A stretch of 64,000 nt of DNA from Minisyncoccota bacterium (GTDB lineage Bacteria; Patescibacteriota; Minisyncoccia; Phycocordibacterales; XYD1-FULL-46-19): positions 2,967 through 66,966 of the forward strand of contig JBAYIK010000003.1 in the NCBI GenBank assembly GCA_041665625.1, given 5' to 3'. Under the pieces are notes generated by a model, which searched no databases, was not told where the DNA came from, and was given only the letters and a program-made list of their open reading frames with translations. The translations under genes were made by a program, and so were the position numbers. This document shows positions 37,618 through 47,908 of this stretch, one piece after another. Positions within the stretch are counted from its first letter, which is position 1. Every line of letters begins with the position of its first letter.

Positions 37618-39267
37618 ATGAAAAAATATATTTTAGGAGCCATCCTCGTTTTATCGCTGGTTGTCGTTCCTTTTGTATCTTCGGCTCAGACTTCTGGGAT
37701 TGCCCCCTGCCCGATTATCACGGTTAATTTATCTCTGGGTAGCACTGGGCCCGACGTCACGGCGCTTCAGAAGTATTTGATTGAAGAAGGCCTGTTAAAC
37801 ATAGAAGGGGGTGGCCCCACTGGCTATTTTGGTGATCTAACTAGGGCTGCTGTTGTCCGATGGCAGACTGATCACAACATTCTCAACGAGACTGGCTTCG
37901 GTCCCTTGTCTCGAGCCGCTTTAGACTCCCTCTGTTCTGTCTCAGGTAAAGAAATTTCTCCTCGCATCTCAGGTGTCTCTGGTCAAATCCAGGGTAAAAT
38001 TTATCCTGGGGCTTGGATTAAACTTACAGGGAATCGTTTGACGGCTGACGTACGTATTACTAAATCTGGTAATCCAAACATTGTTATCAAGCCTGAGGCA
38101 AAAAGTGTTACTTATTATGATGAGGGCCGAGAGAGAATGAGGATTGACTTCCAGCTTAGTTCCACCACTCCGGTTGGGAGCTACTATATCAATGTCTATA
38201 GTGCTACGGGAGTGAAGAGCCCAACAGTGCCTTTCCGTGTTGTTAAGAGGCCAGTGGCCGCCGACGGCCTTCTTGATCCGGTTATTGTCTCTGTTTCTGC
38301 CAGCACTACTGATATCTACCCTGGTTCATGGGTTAAATTACTTGGCAAAAGACTCAGTGGTGATGTTCGAATTACTAAACATAATTATCCCAACATCATT
38401 ATCAAGCCGGTGGCAAGAATTAATGCAGACGCCTCGAGGGTTGATTTCAAACTTCCTCCTGAAGTAACTGTTGGTGCTTACTATCTTAATGTTTACAGCG
38501 ATGTCGGACGCAATAGTAATACTATGCCATTGAGGGTGGTGGGCTCTAATTCTGAGGAAAATGTTCAACCAACAATTACCTTTGTTTCTCCAAGTGGAGG
38601 AGAAACATTTAAGTCAGGGCAACAAGTGATTGTTAGATATGATATGGCTAATTTCCTTCGAGTTGCTAACGTTCAAATTCAACTTAATAAAGGAGCTATT
38701 TATCCTGGGGGTCCTTATAACCCAGTGGGCAATGCTACTAATTATATGCCCGCCGGTCATTATACTTTTACTATTCCAGCAGATGCTCCTTCGGGGGATG
38801 ACTATAGCTTTATGATTAATTCTGATTACCCTAATACGGAAACTAGTGCTCATTTCCAATCGAACATTTTTAGTATCGTTGCCCCCGATACCTCTGCCTC
38901 TGGTAGGCCACGTATAGAGGGAGAGGTTCTTACTGGTGTCTCTGGTCATGGCACTGGCCATTGGCTTAGAATTCGTGGGGCTCGTCTGACGAACAATGTC
39001 GTTATTCGTAAATACGGCGGAACAGCCACGACAACTCTCTCTGGGGGTATCGTTTCTGGTGTTCCTGGTAATGCTGCCGCTTTCCTTGATATTGAGTTAA
39101 ATATCCCAGTTGGGAGCTATCAGCTTAATATAATTGGTTCTGATGGCACGGTTAGTAACACAGTAAGACTGAACGTCACAGCGGAAACGGCAAGCTCAAG
39201 AGCTAGTCAAATTGCAGCTGTCGCTAGCGCTATCCAGGCTCTGGTTGCTCAACTTAAGGTTCAGTAA
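37618..39267 (+). CDS. Secreted protein with N-terminal peptidoglycan-binding domain and Ig/IPT-like repeats, inserted between rplB and rpsS
   Basis: Signal peptide; LSLGSTGPDVTALQKYL...TGYFGDLTRAAVVRWQ...TGFGPLSR; two IYPGxWxKLxGxRLxxDVRITK repeats. Confidence 0.88.
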   Translation: MKKYILGAILVLSLVVVPFVSSAQTSGIAPCPIITVNLSLGSTGPDVTALQKYLIEEGLLNIEGGGPTGYFGDLTRAAVVRWQTDHNILNETGFGPLSRAALDSLCSVSGKEISPRISGVSGQIQGKIYPGAWIKLTGNRLTADVRITKSGNPNIVIKPEAKSVTYYDEGRERMRIDFQLSSTTPVGSYYINVYSATGVKSPTVPFRVVKRPVAADGLLDPVIVSVSASTTDIYPGSWVKLLGKRLSGDVRITKHNYPNIIIKPVARINADASRVDFKLPPEVTVGAYYLNVYSDVGRNSNTMPLRVVGSNSEENVQPTITFVSPSGGETFKSGQQVIVRYDMANFLRVANVQIQLNKGAIYPGGPYNPVGNATNYMPAGHYTFTIPADAPSGDDYSFMINSDYPNTETSAHFQSNIFSIVAPDTSASGRPRIEGEVLTGVSGHGTGHWLRIRGARLTNNVVIRKYGGTATTTLSGGIVSGVPGNAAAFLDIELNIPVGSYQLNIIGSDGTVSNTVRLNVTAETASSRASQIAAVASAIQALVAQLKVQ

Positions 39268-39276
39268 GTTAATTTA

Positions 39277-39371
39277 GAAAACCGCCCAGGCCTCGGGAAA
39301 CCAGAGGTCTGGGCGGTTTTTTGTGGGGCCTGAAGGGCTTTTGTTGACATTGAGCCAGTTTTTGCTATGAT
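39277..39371 (+). promoter_or_regulatory. Terminator followed by a sigma70 promoter restarting the operon at rpsS
   Basis: AAAACCGCCCAGGCCTC / GAGGTCTGGGCGGTTTT, then TTGACA(39344)-N16-TATGAT. Confidence 0.7.
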
Positions 39372-39451
39372 GACAGAGCTCATATTTGGGCGTTTATTTT
39401 TGCTCGTCAGGGTGTGCCAATCGGCCACTTCAACGGGTGTTTAAATTAATT

Positions 39452-39796
39452 ATGGCAAGATCACTATCTAAGGGTCCCTATGTGGACGAAAATTTATTAA
39501 AGAAAATCGCTGGTAAGAAGGCGAGCGATGCTAGCGTAGGTGTTATCAAAACCTGGGCTCGTCGCAGTCAAATTAGCCCTGAGATGGTTGGTTTTACTTT
39601 TGGTGTTCATAATGGCAAGAGCCACTTAGAGGTCTTTGTGACCGAAGAAATGGTTGGCCATCGTTTGGGCGAATTTTCCCCAACCCGTAAGTTCACTAAG
39701 CACGGAGGTAAGATGCAGAAAGAAATAGAACAGAAGAAGAAGGAGGCTGAGATCTCAGCTGCTAAATCAGCTAAGGAATCCCCAGCTAAGAAATAA
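39452..39796 (+). CDS. rpsS: 30S ribosomal protein S19
   Basis: [31 protein letters not shown]. Confidence 0.98.
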   Translation: MARSLSKGPYVDENLLKKIAGKKASDASVGVIKTWARRSQISPEMVGFTFGVHNGKSHLEVFVTEEMVGHRLGEFSPTRKFTKHGGKMQKEIEQKKKEAEISAAKSAKESPAKK

Positions 39797-39798
39797 TC

Positions 39799-40140
39799 AT
39801 GAAAGCTTTTCTTAAGAACCATCATCAAACCCCAAGAAAGACCCGCCTAATCGCGGATCTTATCCGTGGCAAGAAGGTCTCGGTAGCGATGGCTGAGCTC
39901 GACTTGGTAATTAAGAAATCCGCTGCCCCCATCAAGAAGCTTATTCAATCAGCTGTGGCTAATGCTAAAGCTAATTTTAAGGCTAAGGAAGAAGAACTCT
40001 ATGTTAAGAATTTGACCGTTGATAAGGGTAATGTCATCAAGCGCTCCCGTCCAATGTCTCGTGGTCGAGCTTTTCCTATCCGTCACCGTTTGAGCCATAT
40101 CGAAGTCACTTTGGAAGCTAAAGAACCTACTAAAAAATAA
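39799..40140 (+). CDS. rplV: 50S ribosomal protein L22
   Basis: PRKTRLIADLIRGK, SAVANA. Confidence 0.97.
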   Translation: MKAFLKNHHQTPRKTRLIADLIRGKKVSVAMAELDLVIKKSAAPIKKLIQSAVANAKANFKAKEEELYVKNLTVDKGNVIKRSRPMSRGRAFPIRHRLSHIEVTLEAKEPTKK

Positions 40141-40141
40141 T

Positions 40142-40807
40142 ATGACACACCGCGTTCATCCATATGCACATAGACTCACTATTATCCGCGACTGGCAATC
40201 TCGCTGGTTTGGTAAGGGTGAGAAATATGTTGAATTCCTAAAGGCTGACGTTCTTTTGCGCGAATTTCTGACCAAGCGTTTGCGTGGTTTCTATGTTGAC
40301 CGTGTTGATATTGAGCGTGGAGAAAATTTCTATAAAATTATCGTTCGCACCTCTCGTCCTGGTATGATTATTGGCCGCGGGGGAGATGGTATCACCAAGC
40401 TTAAGAGTGAGATTATTACTCAACTTCAGAAAACTGGTACCACTCTACCTAAGGATGTTCAGGTTGATATCCAAGAGGTTAAGGAACCTGAGGCTAGTGC
40501 CGCAATTGTTGCCTACATGATCGCTGAAGGTTTGGAGAAGCGTTTGCCTTTCCGTCGTGTCTTGAAGCAAACGGTTGAGAAAGTTTTGAACAGCAAATCC
40601 GTTAAAGGGGTTAAGGTTACCTTGTCTGGCCGTCTGGGTGGTGCTGATATGGGTCGTACTGAGACCTTGCGTAAGGGTCAGGTCCCTCTTCAGACTTTGC
40701 GTGCTGATATTGATTTTGCTCGTGAGAAGGCCTATATGTATTACGGCGTGACTGGTATTAAGGTCTGGATTTATCGGGGCGAGATTTTTAACACTGAGAA
40801 TAAATAA
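40142..40807 (+). CDS. rpsC: 30S ribosomal protein S3
   Basis: RPGMIIGRGG, GRLGGAD, VPLQTLRADID. Confidence 0.98.
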   Translation: MTHRVHPYAHRLTIIRDWQSRWFGKGEKYVEFLKADVLLREFLTKRLRGFYVDRVDIERGENFYKIIVRTSRPGMIIGRGGDGITKLKSEIITQLQKTGTTLPKDVQVDIQEVKEPEASAAIVAYMIAEGLEKRLPFRRVLKQTVEKVLNSKSVKGVKVTLSGRLGGADMGRTETLRKGQVPLQTLRADIDFAREKAYMYYGVTGIKVWIYRGEIFNTENK

Positions 40808-40813
40808 ACTACC

Positions 40814-41230
40814 ATGTTATTACCAAAGAAAGTAAAATTCAGAAAGTGGCAAACCATGCGGACTAACCCTAAGAAGGTTAAGACCGAAACGCGTGGGACA
40901 AAATTGGCTTTTGGTAATTTTGGTTTGAAGGCTGAGACCCCGGGCCGTATTAAGTCTAATCAGATTGAAGCTGCTCGTAAGACTATTGCCCGCCAAATGC
41001 ACAAGACTGGTAAACTTTGGATCCGCATCTTCCCTGATATGCCTTTTACCGCTAAAGCCGCTGAGGTGGGTATGGGTAAAGGTAAAGGTGATCCTCAGGG
41101 TTATCAGATCCAGGTTTGGCCAGGTCGTTTAATTTTTGAAGTTGACGGTCTTACTGATGAGATTGCTAAGGAGGCCTTGCGTAAAGCTGGTGCCAAATTA
41201 CCAATCAAGACTAAGATTGTTAGCCGTTAA
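40814..41230 (+). CDS. rplP: 50S ribosomal protein L16
   Basis: [30 protein letters not shown]. Confidence 0.98.
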   Translation: MLLPKKVKFRKWQTMRTNPKKVKTETRGTKLAFGNFGLKAETPGRIKSNQIEAARKTIARQMHKTGKLWIRIFPDMPFTAKAAEVGMGKGKGDPQGYQIQVWPGRLIFEVDGLTDEIAKEALRKAGAKLPIKTKIVSR

Positions 41231-41239
41231 GATAAGAAT

Positions 41240-41425
41240 ATGAAAAAGACCGATTTTAAAACTAAATCAGACGCTGAATTAAAGAAAGTTCTCATTGAGA
41301 AACGAGATTCTTTGGCTAAATTCAAGTTCGGCATGACCGGTTCCCGTACCAAGAATGTCAAAGAAGGGCGCAATACTCGTCGAGATATTGCCAGAATTTT
41401 AACCGCCCTCAAGGCCAGCAAATAA
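41240..41425 (+). CDS. rpmC: 50S ribosomal protein L29
   Basis: RRDIARILT; operon position. Confidence 0.95.
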   Translation: MKKTDFKTKSDAELKKVLIEKRDSLAKFKFGMTGSRTKNVKEGRNTRRDIARILTALKASK

Positions 41426-41430
41426 ATAAT

Positions 41431-41676
41431 ATGGAAAAAGAAATTAAAAATAAGAAAGTTCTTAAGGGGAAGGTTGTCTCTGACAAGATGGATAAGACTG
41501 TCGTTGTTGAGATCAAGCGCTTTGTGAAGCACCCTAAGTACGGTAAGTTCTTCAATCTTTCTAAGCGTCACAAGGCTCATGATCCAGAGAATAAGGCCAA
41601 GATCGGAGACGAAGTCGAGATTCGTGAGTGTCGCCCATTATCGAAAGATAAACATTTCGAAGTAATTTATAAATAA
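41431..41676 (+). CDS. rpsQ: 30S ribosomal protein S17
   Basis: GKVVSDKMDKT, HPKYGK, ECRPLSKDK. Confidence 0.98.
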   Translation: MEKEIKNKKVLKGKVVSDKMDKTVVVEIKRFVKHPKYGKFFNLSKRHKAHDPENKAKIGDEVEIRECRPLSKDKHFEVIYK

Positions 41677-41682
41677 ACTACC

Positions 41683-42054
41683 ATGATTCAGCCACAATCC
41701 ATTGTAAAAATTGCCGACAACACTGGCGCCAAGATTGGACGCGTCTTCAAGGTGCTCGGTAGCTCGAAGAAACGTTATGCCCGGATTGGCGAGCTGGTTA
41801 TTCTCTCTGTCCAGACCGCTGAGCCTCGCAAGGCCGTTAAGAAGAAGGAAGTTCTCCGCGCTTTGGTTGTCCGTCAGAAATCACCTTTTCGTCGCGCTGA
41901 TGGTTCTTACCTCCGCTTTGACGAGAATGCTGTTGTTATCCTAGACAAGACCAAGCCTGAACCACGTGGTGGACGTATCTTTGGACCTATTCCTCGTGAG
42001 ATTGGTGAATTGGGTTATCAGAAAATTGTGTCATTAGCCCCAGAAGTGGTATAA
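41683..42054 (+). CDS. rplN: 50S ribosomal protein L14
   Basis: ADNTGAK, RFDENAVV, RIFGP, SLAPEV. Confidence 0.98.
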   Translation: MIQPQSIVKIADNTGAKIGRVFKVLGSSKKRYARIGELVILSVQTAEPRKAVKKKEVLRALVVRQKSPFRRADGSYLRFDENAVVILDKTKPEPRGGRIFGPIPREIGELGYQKIVSLAPEVV

Positions 42055-42066
42055 ACAAATACGAGT

Positions 42067-42375
42067 ATGAAAATCAAAAAGAATGACAATGTAGTAATCA
42101 TCACTGGTAAGGATCGCGGCAAGCAGGGCAAAGTTTTGCGTGTATTGGCCGAAGATGAGAAGGTCTTAGTGGAGGGGATGAATCTTCGTAAGAAGCATCA
42201 GAAGCCTCGCAAAGAAGGGGACAAGGGTCAGATGATTGATATGCCACATCCAATCCATATTTCTAATGTTGCCCTTTATTGTTCTAGTTGTGGTAAGGGT
42301 GTTCGCATGGGTGCTAAGATGGCTGATGGTAAGAAAAAAGTCCGCGTTTGCAAGAAGTGCGGTAAAGAAATTTAA
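42067..42375 (+). CDS. rplX: 50S ribosomal protein L24
   Basis: KOW motif ITGKDRGKQGKV, PIHISNV. Confidence 0.98.
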   Translation: MKIKKNDNVVIITGKDRGKQGKVLRVLAEDEKVLVEGMNLRKKHQKPRKEGDKGQMIDMPHPIHISNVALYCSSCGKGVRMGAKMADGKKKVRVCKKCGKEI

Positions 42376-42381
42376 AATACT

Positions 42382-42930
42382 ATGAAGAAGTTAAAAGAAA
42401 AAATTGAAGCCGCGATGCCCGAACTCAAGAAGGAGTTGGGTGTTAAGAATAAGATGGCGACCCCTCACTTGGTGAAGGTGGTTGTTAATTCTGGAACCGG
42501 TAAAGCTAAGGACAAGAAACGTAATGAATTGGTGGAGAATCGTCTCGGTAAGATCACTGGTCAGAAGGCTTCGCCTCGTGGCGCCAAGCAGTCTGTAGCT
42601 TCCTTCAAGGTTCGTCAGGGTGATATCATTGGTTTTGCTACCACTCTTCGTGGCCAGCGCATGTATGACTTCCTCGATCTTCTCTTTAATGTCACTATTC
42701 CTCGTATTCGTGACTTCAAGGGTTATGATGAAAAAATTGTGGATGAAGTTGGTAATTTAACTTTGGGTGTTAAAGAGCATACCGTTTTCCCTCAGACCGC
42801 TGACGAAGAACTCAAAGATGTTTTCGGTCTCGCTATCACCATCGTTACTTCCGCTAAAGATAAGAAATCCGCCCTCGCTTTCTTCAAGGCAATCGGTTTT
42901 CCTTTCAAGAAGCCTGTTGCTGCCAAATAA
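42382..42930 (+). CDS. rplE: 50S ribosomal protein L5
   Basis: ITGQK, FKVRQG, TLRGQRMYDFL, PRIRDFKG. Confidence 0.98.
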   Translation: MKKLKEKIEAAMPELKKELGVKNKMATPHLVKVVVNSGTGKAKDKKRNELVENRLGKITGQKASPRGAKQSVASFKVRQGDIIGFATTLRGQRMYDFLDLLFNVTIPRIRDFKGYDEKIVDEVGNLTLGVKEHTVFPQTADEELKDVFGLAITIVTSAKDKKSALAFFKAIGFPFKKPVAAK

Positions 42931-42951
42931 TCCACTCAACTTAAATTTACC

Positions 42952-42991
42952 AAAACAACACAGAAAACCCCTCTTCAGAGGGTTTTTCTTA
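42952..42991 (+). repeat. Repeated terminator module, copy 3
   Basis: AAAACAACACAGAAAACCCCTCTTCAGAGGGTTTTTCTTA. Confidence 0.8.
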
Positions 42992-43035
42992 TGCTATAAT
43001 TATAAATAGCAAATTAGTAGCTTAATTATAAAATA

Positions 43036-44619
43036 ATGAAAAAATATCTATTTGGAATTGTCCTGGTTTTGTCTCTCGTTATTGCTCCTCTGACGACTTC
43101 AGCTGTCACTATCGCTGAGTTGCAAAATCAGATCGCGGCTCTTATGGCACAATTAGCTGCTCTACAAAATAATCGGTCAGTTTGTCAGTTCACCCACGAC
43201 CTATCTTTAGGTGATGGTGATAATGATGGTTTGTCGGGCGAAGTCACTGCTTTGCAGAGGATTCTCATCTCTGGTGGATATCTTAGGGTGGCAAAGCCGA
43301 CTGGTTGGTTTGGTAAAATGACTATGAATGCCGTTAAACAATGGCAAAACGCTAATGCCAAAGTTGGGCGAGCTGTCTCTGGTAATGGTTCAATTAACGC
43401 CAGTGACCGTGGAATTTTGTGCGGTAATATCCCAGATTCCTCAAGCTCAATTTCTATTTCTAATGTTTCTGGCCCAACTTCTCTTAATGTTAACCAGACT
43501 GGTACGTGGAGCGTTAGCGTTAAAGGCCCGAGTGGAACAAATTTAAATTATCGTGTGGCTTGGGGTGAATACGATGGCTACGCTGGCGTTTCGGCGAAGC
43601 CCGTGTCGGTTAATTTGGTCAATCAGACTGGGACATTTACACATGCTTATTCTAATCCGGGGACTTACACAATTAGGTTTAACGTTTACGATTACGACAA
43701 ATGTGACCCGACCGGTAATTCTTCATGTGTTGCTCAGGCTAGTCTGACTGTTGTTGTTGGAAGTAGTAATTCTGTCCAACCAATTGTCATTCAAGATGTT
43801 AAATATTCTCCGGCCTCACCAAAGGTCAATGAATTAATTACTACGACTGTTACGATAACAAATAGTAGCCTTAACCATTATAATTTGCCTTTCAAAGTTA
43901 ATGTTCAGGGTACGACAGTGACAGTTCCTTCTCTTCTTGCTAGAGAGTGGAAGACGGTCACTGTTCCCAATGCCTTCTCTTTTTCGGAGCCGGGAACGAA
44001 GACACTGAACACTTCGATTATCTATCCTTTATCTTATGACCCAGCTCAGGGGAATGTTGGTGATACATTTACCAATACCTTAACTTTTACCGCTGACTCG
44101 ACGTCTAATCCTTATATTAGTTCGGTTAGCTATGAAAAGGCTAGTCACAAGGTTACTGTTTGGGGTAGCAATTTGAATGGAGTTAATGCTGTCTATATTG
44201 ATAACACCTTGACTATTGTGAACGATCGCATCGCAGATTCTGACGGCAAGAAATTTACTTTCATTTTGCCAGCAGATATTGCCGCTATTGCTGGTAACCA
44301 CAGCTTGATTCTTATGAACGTGGCTGGACTTGGTAGCAATATGGTAACTCTCAGTGTTAATCAGGCTCCGTACATCAGAAGTGTCAATTATAGCTTCGGC
44401 ACTGCAAGTAATCGAGATATTGTTATCGTTGGAGAGAGACTCGACAAGGTAAATGCTATTTATGTTGATGGAGGCCAAATTTCTGCTGGCTACTCAATAG
44501 GAGATAATGGTAATATGCAATTTCTCTTGCCAACATCAATTGCAAGGGGTTCCCACACTATGCAATTGGGGAGTGTCTATGGGCGAAGTAACTCAGCCCC
44601 CTTCCTTGTTTCTAACTAA
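43036..44619 (+). CDS. Secreted protein with peptidoglycan-binding, PKD-like and IPT-like domains, inserted between rplE and rpsN
   Basis: Signal peptide similar to that of 37618; ELQNQIAALMAQLAAL coil; EVTALQRIL...PTGWFGKMTMNAVKQWQ; FTHAYSNPGTYTI. Confidence 0.88.
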   Translation: MKKYLFGIVLVLSLVIAPLTTSAVTIAELQNQIAALMAQLAALQNNRSVCQFTHDLSLGDGDNDGLSGEVTALQRILISGGYLRVAKPTGWFGKMTMNAVKQWQNANAKVGRAVSGNGSINASDRGILCGNIPDSSSSISISNVSGPTSLNVNQTGTWSVSVKGPSGTNLNYRVAWGEYDGYAGVSAKPVSVNLVNQTGTFTHAYSNPGTYTIRFNVYDYDKCDPTGNSSCVAQASLTVVVGSSNSVQPIVIQDVKYSPASPKVNELITTTVTITNSSLNHYNLPFKVNVQGTTVTVPSLLAREWKTVTVPNAFSFSEPGTKTLNTSIIYPLSYDPAQGNVGDTFTNTLTFTADSTSNPYISSVSYEKASHKVTVWGSNLNGVNAVYIDNTLTIVNDRIADSDGKKFTFILPADIAAIAGNHSLILMNVAGLGSNMVTLSVNQAPYIRSVNYSFGTASNRDIVIVGERLDKVNAIYVDGGQISAGYSIGDNGNMQFLLPTSIARGSHTMQLGSVYGRSNSAPFLVSN

Positions 44620-44640
44620 GTTTAGCTAAAATTAAGAAGG

Positions 44641-44679
44641 AACAGAAAAAGACGAGGCTGAAGCTCGTCTTTTTCTGTT
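44641..44679 (+). terminator. Intrinsic terminator
   Basis: AACAGAAAAAGACGAG / CTCGTCTTTTTCTGTT. Confidence 0.8.
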
Positions 44680-44690
44680 ATAATAAAAGT

Positions 44691-45194
44691 ATGAAAATTG
44701 CGATTATTTCCGATGCCCATGACAATATGGCTAACCTTGAGAAATTCTTGGAGGTGACCAAGAGGGAGGGGATAGAAGGAATAATTCATTGTGGGGATGT
44801 GACAACACCCGAAACTCTTGACTGGCTGGCGGAGAATTTTGCTGGCCCGATTAAGCTGGCTGACGGCAATATGGAGATCAGGCGAGAGGAATTTGGCCAG
44901 GTAGTTGAGAGGCATAAGAATCTTGAGGTTTTTCCCGAAATTGGGGTTTGGGAGCTAGAAATTAGAGGGGCAGGAACAAAAATTGCTTTTACTCATCGAC
45001 CTAATAAAAATGAGGAATTGGCTCAAACTAAGGCTTATTCCTTCGTTTTTTATGGCCATACTCACAAACCTTGGATTAGCCAGATTGGGTCAGTTTTGGT
45101 GGCAAATCCTGGTACTTTGGGGGGCGTCTTTACGGCTCCAACCTATGCCACTTTAGATACTGATATTGGTCAACTGGCCCTACACCGGCTCTAG
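44691..45194 (+). CDS. YfcE-like metallophosphoesterase
   Basis: IISDAHDN, HCGD, GNME, FTH, YGHTH, NPG. Confidence 0.92.
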   Translation: MKIAIISDAHDNMANLEKFLEVTKREGIEGIIHCGDVTTPETLDWLAENFAGPIKLADGNMEIRREEFGQVVERHKNLEVFPEIGVWELEIRGAGTKIAFTHRPNKNEELAQTKAYSFVFYGHTHKPWISQIGSVLVANPGTLGGVFTAPTYATLDTDIGQLALHRL

Positions 45195-45206
45195 GCCTTA
45201 GTTTAG

Positions 45207-45236
45207 TTGACATTTAGGCCTCTTTCTTGTTAGGAT
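45207..45236 (+). promoter_or_regulatory. Sigma70-type promoter restarting the operon at rpsN
   Basis: TTGACA-N18-TAGGAT with extended TG. Confidence 0.55.
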
Positions 45237-45271
45237 AGAGGGTGGCTCGTAGGAGCCCACTTTGATTTTAT

Positions 45272-45457
45272 ATGGCTAAAACATCAGTTATCGCCCGGTC
45301 TAAGAAGACCCCAAAATTCAGCTCCCGCCTCGTGCGGCGCTGTTTCCGTTGTGGTCGTAAGCACGCTTTTATGCGCGATTTTGGCCTATGTCGTATCTGT
45401 TTTAGAGAACTTGCTAACGAGGGTAAAATCCCCGGAGTCCGTAAGTCATCTTGGTAA
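45272..45457 (+). CDS. rpsN: 30S ribosomal protein S14 (Zn-binding type)
   Basis: RCFRCGR...[21 protein letters not shown]. Confidence 0.98.
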   Translation: MAKTSVIARSKKTPKFSSRLVRRCFRCGRKHAFMRDFGLCRICFRELANEGKIPGVRKSSW

Positions 45458-45471
45458 TTCTATATAATATT

Positions 45472-45864
45472 ATGTCAACAGATTCTATTTCAGACTTTTT
45501 AATACAAATCAAGAATGGCGGGCGAGTAAAGCGCGAGAGTATTACTGTTCCTGCTTCTAATCTTAAAGAAGCTATCGCGGAGACTCTGGTTCGCACTGGT
45601 TGGCTTAAGAGTGTCGTCAAGCGCGGGAAGAAGGTCAAGAAGTATCTTACTTGTGAATTAGCCTACAAGGCTGGCGAACCTAAGATCGTTGAAGTTAAGC
45701 GTATCTCTAAACCATCTCGTCGTGTTTATGTTGGGACTGACGAGCTTAACCTTGTTCGCCAAGGTTTTGGTCTTGCTATTCTTTCAACACCAAAAGGAAT
45801 TTTAACCAATTTTGAAGCTAAGAAGGCTAAGGTCGGTGGGGAGTTAATGTTTGAAATTCACTAA
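45472..45864 (+). CDS. rpsH: 30S ribosomal protein S8
   Basis: DSISDFLIQIKNG, ISKPSRRVY, STPKG, GGE. Confidence 0.98.
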   Translation: MSTDSISDFLIQIKNGGRVKRESITVPASNLKEAIAETLVRTGWLKSVVKRGKKVKKYLTCELAYKAGEPKIVEVKRISKPSRRVYVGTDELNLVRQGFGLAILSTPKGILTNFEAKKAKVGGELMFEIH

Positions 45865-45865
45865 T

Positions 45866-46402
45866 ATGTCACGTATTGCTAAAAGACCAATATCCCTCCC
45901 AACTGGCGTTACCGTCACTGTTCTTGGTGACGAATTCAAAGTTAAGGGTCCACAAGGCGAACTCTCTAAGAAATTTAAGAGTGACGTCACTATTGTCGCC
46001 GATGATAAAGAAGTCCAGGTTACTCCTAGCCACAAATCTATCTCTGCTAACGCTTTATCTGGTACCTATGCTTCCCATCTTAAGAACATGATCGAGGGGG
46101 TGACTAAGGGTTTTGAGAAGAAATTGATTGTTGAAGGTGTCGGTTATAAATATGTTGTTAACGGTAATGAAGTTCGTTTAGATATTGGGTTTTCTCATCC
46201 GGTGATGGTCCCTATTCCTGATGGTATTAAAGTTGTTACCGAGAAGAGCAACATGACCATTACTGGTATTGATAAAGAATTGGTTGGTGAATTTGCTGCC
46301 AAGATCCGTTCGCTTAAGAAGGTTGAGCCTTATAAGGGTAAGGGTATCCGTTACATTGACGAAGTTGTCCGTCGTAAGCAAGGGAAGAAGGCTAGCGCCT
46401 AA
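45866..46402 (+). CDS. rplF: 50S ribosomal protein L6
   Basis: [31 protein letters not shown]. Confidence 0.98.
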   Translation: MSRIAKRPISLPTGVTVTVLGDEFKVKGPQGELSKKFKSDVTIVADDKEVQVTPSHKSISANALSGTYASHLKNMIEGVTKGFEKKLIVEGVGYKYVVNGNEVRLDIGFSHPVMVPIPDGIKVVTEKSNMTITGIDKELVGEFAAKIRSLKKVEPYKGKGIRYIDEVVRRKQGKKASA

Positions 46403-46410
46403 TTAAATTT

Positions 46411-46788
46411 ATGAAAATAATTCGTTTCAAAACTAAAGAAGAAAAAAGAGGTCGTCGCGCTACCCGCGTTCGGGCTAAGGTGTCGGGCACTATGGAGCGT
46501 CCTCGTCTTTCTGTTTTTCGTTCTAACAAACATATCTTTGCTCAATTGATTGATGATAATACTGGTAAGACCTTGGCTTCAGCTTCAGATAAAGAAATTA
46601 AGTTAGCCAAAAAAGAGAAGGGTGCTCAGACCAAAGTTTTGGCGGGCATGGCTGTTGGGAAATTATTAGCTGAGAAAGCCAAGGCTGGCAAACTATCTAA
46701 GGCGGTCTTTGATCGTGCTGGTTATCGTTTTACCGGTCGAGTTAAGGCTGTCGCTGAAGGGGCCCGTGAAGGGGGACTAGAATTTTAA
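46411..46788 (+). CDS. rplR: 50S ribosomal protein L18
   Basis: [30 protein letters not shown]. Confidence 0.98.
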   Translation: MKIIRFKTKEEKRGRRATRVRAKVSGTMERPRLSVFRSNKHIFAQLIDDNTGKTLASASDKEIKLAKKEKGAQTKVLAGMAVGKLLAEKAKAGKLSKAVFDRAGYRFTGRVKAVAEGAREGGLEF

Positions 46789-46797
46789 TAAAATATT

Positions 46798-47436
46798 ATG
46801 GCTGAACAACCAACAAACAATCAAGTCGTGAGAAAAGTTTTTGCTTCTCCCGGAACCGCTCGTCCAAGTTTTGGTCGTGGTGGTGCTATTGGTGGGGCAA
46901 ATCGCCCTGGTGGCAATCGTCCTGGAGGCAATCGCCCCGGCGGTAATCGTGGTGGCCGTTTTGGTGCCGATCGCCCTAAGCCAGAATTTGATCAGAAGAC
47001 TATCAATGTTCGTCGTGTGGCGCGTGTTGTTTCTGGTGGCCGTCGTTTCAGTTTCTCGGTGGCTCTTATTGCCGGAGACAAGAATGGCCGCGTAGGTGTT
47101 GGTGTTGGTAAGGCTGGAGACACCGCTTTGGCTGTCGAGAAGGCTCTTAATAAGGCCAAGAAAGCGATGATTCGTGTTAACATGACCGACAAGAAATCTA
47201 TTCCTCATGAAGTCTCGGCTAAGTACAAGTCAGCTCGTGTGGATCTTCGCCCGGCTAAGGGTCGTGGTCTAGTTGCTGGTAGTGCTGTTCGTGTTGTCCT
47301 CGCTTTGGCTGGTCTCCATGATGTTAACGCCAAGATTGTTTCGCGCAGTAAGGATAAATTAAATATTGCTCGGGCTGCGATTCTTGCCCTTTCTAGTTTG
47401 AAAACTAAGGCCCCTAAGACGACTGAAGCCAAATAG
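46798..47436 (+). CDS. rpsE: 30S ribosomal protein S5 with NRPGG-repeat N-terminal extension
   Basis: RRVARVVSGGRRFSF, GRVGVGVGKA, LRPAKGRGLVAG. Confidence 0.97.
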   Translation: MAEQPTNNQVVRKVFASPGTARPSFGRGGAIGGANRPGGNRPGGNRPGGNRGGRFGADRPKPEFDQKTINVRRVARVVSGGRRFSFSVALIAGDKNGRVGVGVGKAGDTALAVEKALNKAKKAMIRVNMTDKKSIPHEVSAKYKSARVDLRPAKGRGLVAGSAVRVVLALAGLHDVNAKIVSRSKDKLNIARAAILALSSLKTKAPKTTEAK

Positions 47437-47455
47437 TCCCTTGTAGATAAATATT

Positions 47456-47905
47456 ATGCAATTACATAACCTAAAAAAGAATAAGACAAACAGAGCTGCC
47501 CGTCAGATTGGTCGCGGTGGTAAGCGCGGTACAACTTCCGGTCGGGGAACCAAGGGTCAGAACGCTCGTGCTGGTAACAAGCGCCGCCCAGAAATGCGTG
47601 ACATCATTAAGAAATTACCTAAGTTACGTGGTTACCGTTTTAAGGGTTATGGTATTAAACCAATGGTGGTTAATCTTTTCCTTTTGAGTAAGTCATATGA
47701 AGCCGGGGAAACTGTTAACCCAACAACCTTATTGGCCAAGAAGCTGATCAATAAGAAAAGTGGTAGATTGCCTGAGGTTAAAGTCTTGGCGACCGGCACT
47801 CTTGTTAAGGCCTTGAAATTTGAGGACTGCTTAGTCTCCGAAGCCGCTAAAGTAAAAATTGAACAAGCTGGTGGTTCCGTTATCTCTGTTCCGGCCGAAA
47901 AATAA
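47456..47905 (+). CDS. rplO: 50S ribosomal protein L15
   Basis: GRGGKRGTTSGRGTKGQNAR, LPKLRG. Confidence 0.97.
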   Translation: MQLHNLKKNKTNRAARQIGRGGKRGTTSGRGTKGQNARAGNKRRPEMRDIIKKLPKLRGYRFKGYGIKPMVVNLFLLSKSYEAGETVNPTTLLAKKLINKKSGRLPEVKVLATGTLVKALKFEDCLVSEAAKVKIEQAGGSVISVPAEK

Positions 47906-47908
47906 AAT

